Part shown: piece after piece, positions 12,401 through 24,400 of the stretch
Numbering within the stretch: the first letter of the stretch is position 1
Layout: the number at the start of each line of letters is the position of its first letter
NCBI RefSeq assembly: GCF_963921235.1
Contig: NC_086109.1
Location: 12,586,001-12,650,000 of the forward strand
Direction of reading: 5' to 3'
Length of the DNA stretch: 64,000 bases
DNA from: Mobula hypostoma
Lineage: Eukaryota
Notes under the pieces: generated by a model
Told to the model about the DNA's origin: nothing
Databases searched by the model: none
Seen by the model: only the letters and a program-made list of their open reading frames with translations
Made by a program: the position numbers and the translations under genes

Positions 12401-15400
12401 GATGGTACAGCTGTGGAATTACAACACCAGGTCTCGATCTGTTATTTAAAGTACATCTGCATGTACTTGTCGGTAAGTTTGTCAGTAACTGATGTTATGT
12501 CCCCACTAATAAATTTGATCCGTGAAGTTTAGTCTGCCCAAATTGGACTTTAGTCCAGCCATATGTGAGGTGTTGCACTTTGAAAGATCAAATGTAAATG
12601 GTCAGTACATAGGTAATGGCAGGAGCATTAACAAAGCTGATTGACAGAGGGATCTCCGCGTGCAAGTCTGTAGCTCCTGGAAAGTAGCTGCTCAGGTTGA
12701 GAGCGTGGTAGTGCTTGCTATTATTGATTGAGGCACTGTGTTAAAGAGACAGGATGTTATGTTGCAGCTTTATAGAACTAGTTGGACCATATCTGCAGTC
12801 TTGTGTTAGTTCTGTTTACCCCCTTATAGGAAGAATGTGGAAGCTTTGGAAAGAGATTTACCAAGATGTTGCCTGGATTAGAGGGCATGGGCTATAAACG
12901 GGAGCTGGACAGACTTAGCTTGTATTCTGTGGAGTGCTGGAGGCTGAATGACATGTATACACTTGGATAATAAATTCGACTTTGAACTTTGAACTTTATC
13001 AGACAAGAGGCATAGACAGAGTAGATAGACAGTATCTTTGTCTCAGGGTTGAATCGTAGGGGGCACGCTTTAAGGTGAGGTGTGGCAAGTTCAAAGTAGA
13101 TGAATGAGACAAGTATTTTTACACCTAGAGTGATGGGTGCCTGTGATGCACTGCCAGGGGTAATTATTGTTGTTGTTCCTCTCCGTGCCCTGTGGCACAT
13201 CCGGTGACTTTTTTTCTGTTTCCTTAGCCTTTGTCTGTTTTGTATGACGCCAGGTTGCTAATTTGACACTCAACCCAGCATGGAAAGAAAGCATGCAAGG
13301 AGTCAGCTGGATTTGAACCTGGGACCATTTGCCTCGAAGTCCAGTGCTAATGCCACTACACACCAGTTGACTGCTGGGGTGATGTTGGAGGCAAATAGGA
13401 TAGAGGCAGATAAGAGGCTTTTAGATGAGCATTTAAATGTGCAGAAAATTGAGAGTTATGGACATTGTGTATGCAGAATGGATTGGTTTAGTTAGGTATT
13501 TAATTATGAGTTTAATTAGTTCATCACAACATCATGGGCTGAAGGGCTGTGCTGCACTGTTCCAAGTTCTAAGCTTTCTCCAGGAACAGTTAGGGCAGTA
13601 CCGGTATTCTGAGACTCCACAACAGTGCAACACTCTATGGGGAGCAGGCAGGAGTTGGGAAACCCCACCCTTGTTGCTCTCACCTAGTGGAGGATCTGTC
13701 GTACTGACTGGGCACCGATCTCCAGCGGAAGGCTGAACATATGTCCTGCCTCTGAATTGTATGAAATGTCACCCTGTCAGCGGTTTGCATTCAGACTAAA
13801 ACGAACAATCCAATAGTAACAGATCAGTGAGAAACAAAAATATTGCTCATGGACTGCATGCCTCAAAAGTCATAATAAGGGAATCAGTCTCCAACAGTCC
13901 TGCTGTTAAACTCTGGGCAACCTCAACCTTCCCAGGGAGTTTCTTAGCTTTCCAGGCTGACATGATCTCTTGCTACCTGTGTGTAAATATCAGCTGCAAG
14001 TCATTGAAACCAATCGCAATTCCACTCTCTACCCCGTTCATGAAGTTGATTGAGTTTATAGAAAAGGTAACCAAGGGCAGAGCGGTGGATGTGATCTTCA
14101 TGAGCTTCAGCACTGTAGACTGATTTGGAAGGTGTGATCACATGGAAATCAGGATAAGCTGAAAAAAAATTGTCTTGGTAGAAGGTGTATGACCATTGCA
14201 GTGTAGAGTTGCTTCCAGATTAGAGGTCTGTAACCAGTGATGTGCTGAGGGGATTGATGTTGGTTCCACTGTTGTGCGTCATCAGTGTTATTAGTCTGGA
14301 AGATGACATTATCCATGTGGTTAATAAGTTTGCACATGACAACAAAGTTGGTGGTATAGTGGGCAATGTAAAACATGGTCTACTTTACAAAGAAACTTCG
14401 ACCAACGTATGAAGTGGGTCAGAAATAGCAAATTAAATTTAATGCAGATAAATGTGAGTTGTTGCACTTAGGTAAGTTAAACTAGGGCAGGACTGAAGAA
14501 CTACACGGTAGGGCCCTGGGAAGTGTTACATAACAGAGAGAAAAGTAGATATTTCCCTGAAAGGTGAGACACAATTTGACAGGATGGTGAAGAATGCACT
14601 TGGCACACTTGCCTTTAATGGTCAGGGGACTGAGTTCAAGAGTTATAATGGCAAGTTACATCTAAAAGATATTTGTATCTAAAAGATACAAGCAAAAGAT
14701 ATTTGTGAAGCTGCATTTGGAATACTCTGTTCTGGTAATCTTGGTAGAGGATTGAAGTCATTAACCTGGAATGGGTGTAAAAGTAGTTTATCAGTCTGGG
14801 GGGCTCAAATTATGAGAAGGGATTGGATAGGCATGGACTTTTTCTTCTACAGTGTAGGAGGCTAAGTGTTGGCTTTATAGAGATTTGTAAAGAAATACAG
14901 GAGGGGCATTGATAATGGCAAAAGCCCTATTCCTGGGCTAATGCAATCTAAAAACAGAGGGCATGCATTTAAAGTGAGAGAGGGAAGATTTAGAAAGGAT
15001 ATGAGGAGTGACATTTTTCACCAAGTAGGTGATGGGTACATTGATAAAGCCTCCTATGGACATGGGTACAACTACAACACTTAAAGTATATTGAAACAGG
15101 TACATGGATGAAATGTAGAGAGGGATATGTGACAAATGCAGGGAAACAGGACTAGTTTACAAGTAGACAATCTGGTCAGCTCAAATGAGATAGACTGAAG
15201 GGCTTGTTTCCATGCTGTGTAACACCAGCTTTATGACTCTGAAGCCACAGAACATGTGATATATATGTCACAAATTCCTACGCTAATGTCCTGCTTAGGT
15301 TTTCCAGGATACTTTCTGACTTATGCCCATCAAAGTGCCAAACCAGTAGAACATGCATACATCACCACTGGGAGCTGGTTTCCTACTGCTGAGAGAGATT

Positions 15401-18400
15401 GTAGCCTTGATTATCACAGTCTCAGTGTCATCACTGCTGTCCTGATCTGGAGTCCTGCTATGTTCAGGGATAATGGCAGATGTGGCAGCTGGGACGATAC
15501 AGAGACACTGAGGGGGAGTTGAGCTGCTGAGATCCCAAGCTGGTGGGTCTGGGCTGAGATACAGAAGTACTAAAAATTGGACAGTGTTTTATTTTTAGAT
15601 GTTCACTCAATATCTGAATGTTTGATCCTTTCCCACAGAATGTGTGTCCGGACCTGTGCTTAGATTTCTGCCATCAGCAAATGCTTCAGGTTTTCAGAAC
15701 TCACTGTCAGTGTCCTGTGAGTCTGTTCAAGGATCGCTTCCCATTCAGTACACGTGGTATGAAAAGGCCCTGTATGAGGATACAATGATCTCAAACACCA
15801 ATACATTGGATCTACATTGTCAATCCTTCAAACACCAACAGTATTACTGCACTGCCTCAGATTATTGTGGGAAAAAAAAGTGAGATATTGGATGTGACAG
15901 CCTCCAACATTATAGAAAAATGTACAGATACTTCAAATACGACCATCATTGGTAAGCTGCATTTGTCCGTTTACTCGAGAGCTGATTATTTCACTGCATG
16001 CTATGCGTCTGATGATTTTGCCTTAATGGTGATAGTCATGTGCTTCCTGGTGTTTTGTAGATGTCACACACTGGTGCCAGGGTGCTGTGCTGCTGCTGCA
16101 GAGAGGGTTTATTTATGATGTCTTTCATGATGTTTAATGTGCCCATTATGATAACACTAACAGTTGGAAATCTTGCAGAGTGGTTTGCATTATTTCAGGC
16201 AAATGGAAATCGTTCCAACATACTCCTAGATTAGTGCCCTGAAGGCATTGAAGAGTGAGGTATGTTATCCAGTTGCTGACCATTTGGAATAACCACAATG
16301 CTGTATAAAAAACAAAATGAATGCCAAGTTCCTGATTTAGATCTCTCAGTCACTTTGAAAAAAAAACCCATATCTCTCAATGTGGACATATTAACACTTA
16401 TAAGACCATAAGACACTGGAGTGGAATTAGGCCATTCAGCCCATCGAGTCTGTTCATGCCTTGACTGATCAAGAATCTATCAACTTCCGCTTTAAATGCT
16501 CTGAATGGCCTGGCCTCCACAGCCACCTTTGGCAATGACTTCCACAGATTCACCACCCTGATGGAGGCCACCCTCTTTTCCTGGCTTGTGGCAGAATTAC
16601 TAAAACATAAAAGTAAATTTTTAAAAAGAAAATCTTCCGCAGATGTTGAAAATTCAAAATAAAAGCATAAAATTTTGGACATTCTCATTAGGTCAGGCAG
16701 CATCTGAGGAAAGAGAAGCAGTTCTGGAACCCCGCTGTTTTGGGTTGGCTCCAGTTTGGGTAATGGTTCTCTGATCTGTAATTATCTCTGTTTCTTTTGC
16801 CTGACCTGCTGAATGTTGGTATACATTTGTAATGAATCTCAAAACATGGATAAAACACAGTTGGAGTACAAAAGAGTTCAGAACTACAGGAGCACAGAAT
16901 TGTGATTAATATAGAATATAGAACATAGAATAGTACAGCACAGTACAGGCCCTTTGGCCCATAATGTTGTGCCGACTCTCAGACCCTGCCTCCCATATAA
17001 CCCCCCACCTTAAATTCATCCATATACCTGTCTAGTAATCTCTTGAACTTCACTAGTGCACCTGCCTCCACTAGAATCTGCTTAGCTCTGCATTTATAAA
17101 TGATAATGTCATTTGGATCATATCACTCTGAGAAATCTGGAACACATCTGATGTAGATCATGGAAATCAAAAAATTGCAAGTCTGAAAAACATAAAAGCT
17201 TGAAATTGCACTCGGCAGTTCAGGCTGCATCTGTGGAGAGGCAAACAGAGCTAACATTTCAGTTTGAAGACTCTTCATAAGAAGTTGAGAAGAGTTAGCT
17301 TTCAGTTGCAGGGAGAGTGATGAATATAACGAAGCAAATACACTTAGTGACCACTCAGACACCTCCTGTACCTAACGAAGTGGTTACCCAGTGCATGCTC
17401 TGCTGCTGTAGCCAATTCACTTTAAGATTTGATGTGTTGTACATTCAGAGATGCTCTTCCGAACACCACTCTTGTAATACATCAGCAGAGTCAGGAAACA
17501 TGTTGCCTTTCTGTCGGCTTGAACCAGTCTGACCATTTTCATATAAACTCTCAATAATGAGGTCCTTTCACCCACGGAACTGCTGCTCACTAAATGATTT
17601 TTTTTTTTGTTTATTTGCACCGTTCTCTATAAATGCTAGAGACAGTTATATGTGAAAAGCCCAGGAGATCAGCAGATTCTGAGATACTCAAACCACCCCA
17701 TCCAGCGCCAACAATCATTCCACAGTCAAAGTCACTTAGGTCACTTTTCTTCTTCATTCTCATGTTTGATCTGAACAACAACTGAACTGCTTGACCATGT
17801 CTGCATGCTTTTATGCATTGAGCTGCTGCCACATCATTGGGCTGATAGATATTTGCATTAATGAGCAGGTGTAAAGGAGTACCTAATAAAGAATCCTCTG
17901 GGTGTATTAATGATAGGGAGAGACCAAGATTGTCATGGGACCATATTATGGAGGAAATCTGATCATTGGATTAAAGAGGAAGAGAAGAGAAAACTGGACA
18001 GATGAATAAAAGTTATGAACTTAAAGCTATAAAGAGAAAGGACACAAATAAAGGAATGTGAAAACTTGGAAGTGCTGCAGAGTTCTAAACTCAGACCTAG
18101 TTTAGAGAGGATGTCCAGGAGATGGTGTAAGTAGGTTGGGATACCATTAACACCAGAAGTGAGCAGTTTTAGTTTTGAGGGGAGGGATATCAACACAGAG
18201 ATTATTAGCTGCTGGATGCACTCAAAATTATCAGGATTTTTGGAAAAATGAGTATAGGTCTACCAGTTAGTGAGTTAGTACTAGAAAACATAAATTTCAT
18301 ATAGTCAGGGATTATGAGAAATTTACTGATGCAAATGATCCTGATGAAGTGGAATTGCTGCAGAGGCACAGAACCAAAAAACACTTCTAAAAGGGAAGTG

Positions 18401-21400
18401 AAGAGCTGCTGATTCAAGTTGGAGGAGAAACATGCAAGGGAATGATATGAAAGGAAGAGCCTTTCTGTAGTTTCTCATGAAGTACAAGGTAACACGTCTC
18501 TTACAAAACAAAAATGTGAACAGGAGGCTTCTCAGCACATTTAGGAGCATGTAACACTTTACAAAATGCTAGAGGATCTTAGCAGGCCATGTAGTATCTT
18601 TGAAAAGGAAAGGTCCAGGCTGAGACCCTTCATCAAGACTGGAAAGGACAGGGGGGATACGCTGGAACAAGAAGGTGGGGGGAGAGGAAGGAGTACAAGC
18701 TAGAAGGTGGTAGGTGAAGCCAGGTGGGTAGGGGAGGGTGGAGGAAGTAAGAAGCTGGGAGGTGACAGGTAGAAAATCTAACAGGAAAGAAGAGTGAACC
18801 ATGGGAGAAAGTGGCGTAGGAGGGATGCCAAGAGAAGATAACAAGCAGATGTGGAGAAGAGAAGGGATAAGAAGGGAGCTAGAGTAGGGAATGGAAGAAG
18901 GAGAATGAAGGAGAGGGAAAAGAATGAAGCACATTTAATGGTTTTGCTGTCATCAGACAGGCCAGGTAAGGATAGTGAATCTTCTTCTCTAGAGGACAGT
19001 AGAGAACTCAATGGACTTTAAAACAACCTTATAGTGCCTTGGAGCCATCATTAATGTTAGTCTTCTCTCTTGTTTTTAATTTTAAGCGGTAACATATTGT
19101 TATTTTTTTTGCCATATCTTGCTCCTAATGAATTAGAGTTATAAACTCTAATGTTAAGGTCCCAATTTCACTCTACCTTAAACTTTGATTCTTTGAAATC
19201 TATTGCATCAACCAGACATGTGCCTCTGGCTTATTCATTTGTGCTGTTATGTACATTCACACAGCTCTTTCCTCTGTTTTATTGGCAAGCTTCCTCAGGC
19301 CTCTCTCTGACATGATTCCTACTTCAGTTTTCCTTGTAATCCACTTATTTTCAGCCCTTTATTCTGCTTTATTTTCAACCAACTTCCTGGTACTTTACTG
19401 TCAACACTTTCCCCACTACAGGGTTTTCTCCCAATAGGTCCATTGATCTAATAACCATTTTAGTCATGTCTCCAAGATTCTCGCCCTGAAATGCCCCACT
19501 GAAGCCATTATCTGATCTTTCTTTTCACTAAGCCCACCTCCCAGACTATGAAGTGTTCCCATATTTCACAGTTCTTTTACCGCTCATCATGTGCATAGTT
19601 CTGTACCACCCTGTTCCCTCGGGACCAATCAATTATCCAACTCCAATTTCCTGTATAATCCCTGGTTCCTGAGTCCACCTGCCCTACTCCTTGTCCTTGG
19701 TGACATGAACCATGCTCACCTTCTGTCTCCAAATCCTGCTGCAGTGAAAGATGTAGGTAGTAATGCAGATGGGATGCATTTCTGATGGAAATTGTCATGG
19801 GTGATGCAGGAACTGGAGAAGTCCAGTCCCAGTCTGTTCGGATTGGCTGCAACATCTCACCCACAGTCACCATCAGCACAGGCGCGACACAAGGCTGTGT
19901 GCTTAGCTCCCTGCTCTACTTGCTTTATAATTCTGACTGTGAGGCGAAGCACAGCTCCAATAGCATACTTACGTTTGCTGCCACACCACTGTAATTGGCC
20001 AAGTCAAAGCTAGTGACGAATTAGCATTCCGGCTGAGTACTACCACAACAACACAACCTCTTACTCAAAATCTGAGACCGCTGAACGGAACCTGATCTGG
20101 ATCTGGGGCGTAGCCTCCAAACATCCGGACCTGCCTCTTGGTTTTTTTGCACTACCCTACTTTCCGTTTTTCTATTTTCTGTTTATGATTTATAATTAAA
20201 ATTTTTAATATTTATTATCGATTTTCAATTCAGGGAGCAGGAAGCGCAGAATCAAATATGGCTTTGATGATTGTACGTTCTAGTATAAATTGTTTGGCGA
20301 CAATAAAGTATAAAGTATAAAGTCAGCAAGATCAAGGATCTGATTATTGTCTTCAGGAGGAGGAAACTGGAGATCCATGGAGATCTATTCGCCTCCCAAC
20401 TCATAAACACTCTCAGCTGTTGGCAGTCAGAAAATATTATAGTAGATTTCCTCATCCTCTTCAGTGCTACATATTGTGAATTGTACTATATATCAAAGAT
20501 CATAAGATTTAGGAGCAGAATTAGGTCATTTGGCCCATCAAGTACTCCGCCATTCAATCTTGGCTGATTTATTATTCCTCTCAACCCCATTCTCATGCCT
20601 TTTCCGCATAAACTTTGATGTCTTTACTAGTCAAGAATCTATCAACTTCCGCTTTAAATATACCCAATGACTTAGCCTCTACAGCCATCTATAGCACCTG
20701 CTGGCTAAAGAAATTCCTCCGCAAATCTATTTTAAAGGAGCATCTTTTTATTCTGTGACTATGCCCTCTGGATCGAGACTCACCTACTCTAGAAAACATC
20801 CTGTCCACATCCACGCTGTCTAGGCCTTTCAATATTTGATAGGTCCAATAAGATCACCTCTCATTTTTTGAAACTCCAGTGAGTACAGGCAAACACTCCT
20901 CATACTTTAATCCTTTCATTCCCAGGATCATTTGCATCAAGCTCTCCTAGACTAGGGGTTCCCAACTTGGGAGTCCATGGATCCCTTGGCTGATGGTAAG
21001 GCCCATTGGCATAAAAAAGGTTAGGAAACGCTGCGCTAGACCGTCTGCGATGACAGCACATCCTTTCTTCAATAAGGGGCCCAAAACTGCTCACCATATT
21101 CCAAGTGCAGTCTGGTCAAGCCTTATAAAGCCTAGTACTTGGATAATTTCTCAGCAACTAAGTGGAAAATATTTTGTGATCCCTCTGTTCTATTTGCAGG
21201 CATGCGCAAGATTAGGATTAAGTCTTTCAATATTCAATAGATTTCAATGCTCTCTAACTTGAATAAAGGTGGAAACAAAGTTTAAACTGAATTTTATTTC
21301 CTTGTCTCCACAGGGTCAGGATATACTTGTGAAAGTTCTGGAACTGAATCAGTAACAACTCCTTCTACAAATCCAGAAATAAGAGACAATGATAGACAAA

Positions 21401-24400
21401 GGTAAACTCGATCCGGTTACATTAGATAATGCAATGGTCTCAATGCTGACAGTTTGACTAGAAGTACTTTTATGGGACAATTATTTGGGAGAAAACAACA
21501 TAGTCTGAGGATTGTCCTTTTATGAGATGCTCACGATGTGAGTGTATTTGCAGTGAGGTCTGTACATATCAGCCCAGAATCTCCCAACAACAGTACCACT
21601 GTTCAGATTCCTAAAAACAGTGCTTGAAAATTTTTATAAATTATTTTTTTACATAGATTTTCAATTATTTCAAATTTCCTTAAATAGTGTGATTTCTTTC
21701 ATTAATCTTCCTGCCAGAAGAGTACAGAGAAAATTTACAAGGATGTTACCAGGTCTGGAGAACCTGAGTTATAGGGAAAGATTGAACAGGTTCGGACTAT
21801 ATTCTTTAGAATGCATAAGACTGAGGAGGAGATTTGATAGAAGTATACAGAATTATGATGGGGTATTGATAGGGTAAATGCAAGCAACCATTTTCCACTG
21901 ACGTTGGGTAGGACTACAACCAGAGGTCATGAGTTGAGGGTGAAAGGTGAGAAGTTTAAGAGGAACATGAGGGGAAAATTCTTTACTCAGAGGGTCGTGA
22001 GAATGGAATGAGCTGCCAGACCAAGTAGTGCATACGAGCTCAAATTCAACATTTAAGAGAAGTTTGGATAGGTTCATGGATAGTAGGGGTATGGAGGGTT
22101 ATGGTCCTGCTGCAGGTCGATGGGAGTAGACAGTTTAAATGGTTTTTGCATGGACTAGATGGGCCAAAAGGCCTGCTTCTGTGCTGTACTTGTCTATGAC
22201 TATGACTGTAATCAAAACATTTCATAGATTTGACTGGTGTTTTCCCAAACTATATCATGTTTAAATTTAGAAAAACTTAGAAGTGACATTTTTGATCCTT
22301 TGGTTAAATTTGAAGAAACTTGGAAACCATTTATTCAACATTTTCATATGATGTAATTTGACCTTTTCCGAATCCTTCTATTAACTTAAAATATATGAAT
22401 AGAGGAGGGGAGTTGATGACATCATTGAATGTATTCGATTTAAGTACTGGTCTAGCCTTGTTTTGTTCCGTTTGCTTTTTTTTTCGGGTTTAGTATCTAG
22501 TTTTTTTTGGGGGGGGGAGTTCTTTGCATTTTTTTTTCTTTTTATTTGTTTTGTCTCTATGATTAACTATATTAAGAGTTTGGAAGTCTATTACTGTATA
22601 CTTGTATTATTTGAAGTCTTTTTTTGTACACATTTGTCAACAGTGAGATTATTCCAATCTCTCTGTATCAATACTGTTGTTCTGTTTATAATTTTGGAAA
22701 ATTAGTAAAAAGATTTTAAAAGAAAAAGATTTGGCTGGTGGACAGAAAGTCATGTGGGTGGGAGGAGTTTGGCCAACAGTAAAGAATTTTACATCAGTTT
22801 CCTGGGCCTTGTTTGCTCTGCCTCCTCCACCCCTCCCCTTAAGGGGACTGACACTTTGCTGGCCTTGCAAGAGCAGACTTCACCACTGAGGTTGGGGTTG
22901 GCTTCTAAATGTAGTGTTTAGGTCCGACTGCAAATTGTTGGGTCAATATCTTGGTGAGAAGGGCTAAGGAGGGTTGCATGGTTATTAGTGTCATCTGTTG
23001 GATTAAACTGACTCAATCAGTGCTTTCAGGTGGATGGTGCAGTCCCCGTGTAATATTCAGTGAGGAGCAAATTGCCGCTCTCTTATGGTCTGCACAATAC
23101 TTATCTCCATCATTATCATTGGTCATTATCACATGGTTGCTTATGGGATCTTGCTAGGCATATATTTGCTGCTGCATTTCTACACTGCAACAATATCCAA
23201 CACCTCACTTACTGGGCTGCACACATCCTGAGGTCATGAGTGGAGTTCAAAGATTGCAAGTATATTGATTATCATAGTATGTGCGCAGTATACAACCCTG
23301 AGATTTGTCTTCCCACAGGCGGCCCCAAAACAGAGAAACACAATGGAACCTGTTCAAAGAAAATATCCAACACCCAACTGACAAAAAGAAAAGAACAAAT
23401 ATGCAGATGGCAAAAAAAATGAGTGAAAAATAAATTACAGAGTCATTGAAACAGTTTGATTCACTTCAGTTCAATTTAGCACTGTGTCGTTGACTGCAGA
23501 CTGTAGAGACAGTCCGCCCCAATCAAAAGCGAACACAATAGCAATAAAAAGGAGCAATCAGAAACTAGAAACACATATAACGTATAATAAGTTGTGTAAA
23601 TGCCAGATGCTCATTGCTTACTATTAGCCAAGAATCAATGTGAACCAAGGCTGATGCCTTCTTGTTGTTTGTACCACAGACTCATTCCCATAGTCGTGCT
23701 CAGCGTCACTGGAGTTCTTGTCATGGTTTTTCTCATTTGCCTAATTTGGTGCCTAAACTCTAAACTCAAGGGTGAGTTTTGAACTTCTTAAAGTATTTTC
23801 ATGATATTTTGTGAGAATTTGCTGCACTGCATTGAGAGATTTTGTTTGGTTCTTAATAAAAAGTAATAGCGTTAAGGACATACTTGACTGAAAATCAAAA
23901 ACCTGCTGGTGTTGAAATCTGAAGCAGAAATAAATACGGGAAATGGTAGGTCAGGCAGTTATTCTGATGAAGTTCTCAGGAGCTGGACTGCTCACTGCTT
24001 CTCTTTCCCCAGGCAGAAGCAGTACTTCCAGCATTTTCTGTTAACATGATCTCATCTGTATGCTGTAAATTACAAAGATAAGTAAAAAGAGCTAAAGAGG
24101 AATAAAGTAATGTTTATAGGTTCATGGATTGTTCAGATATCTGATTATGAAAGGGAACAAGCTGTTCCTGAGTCACTGAGAATCTGGCTTCAGGCTTCTG
24201 TACTTCCTCCCTGATGGAAATAATGGGAAGAGCACATGTCTTTGAGATTCATTATTGAGTTGAGCACTTATAGAAAATGATTCTGTTTGTTCTGATGTTG
24301 AGTGCAGTGGCCAAAGCATATTCTGGCTCTATGTGGCGATTCATGCCTGTGGTGGAACCAAGGTTTTGCATGCAACACATGGACAATTAACCCTGGTACT

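Noticed and set aside
12082-12492. ORF-track starts and ends for the Ig ORFs (MCFQCYL..., MSIEMCL..., MLFLSPP...)
   Set aside because: These are read-through into introns from non-ATG or intronic starts; splice sites define the true exons.
11739-12530. Rearranging antigen-receptor V segments (Ig/TCR/NAR) with RSS
   Set aside because: Each V exon already includes its G strand and ends in a splice donor. No CACAGTG heptamer follows V1, V2 or V3, and the Cys pattern is CD300/pIgR type.
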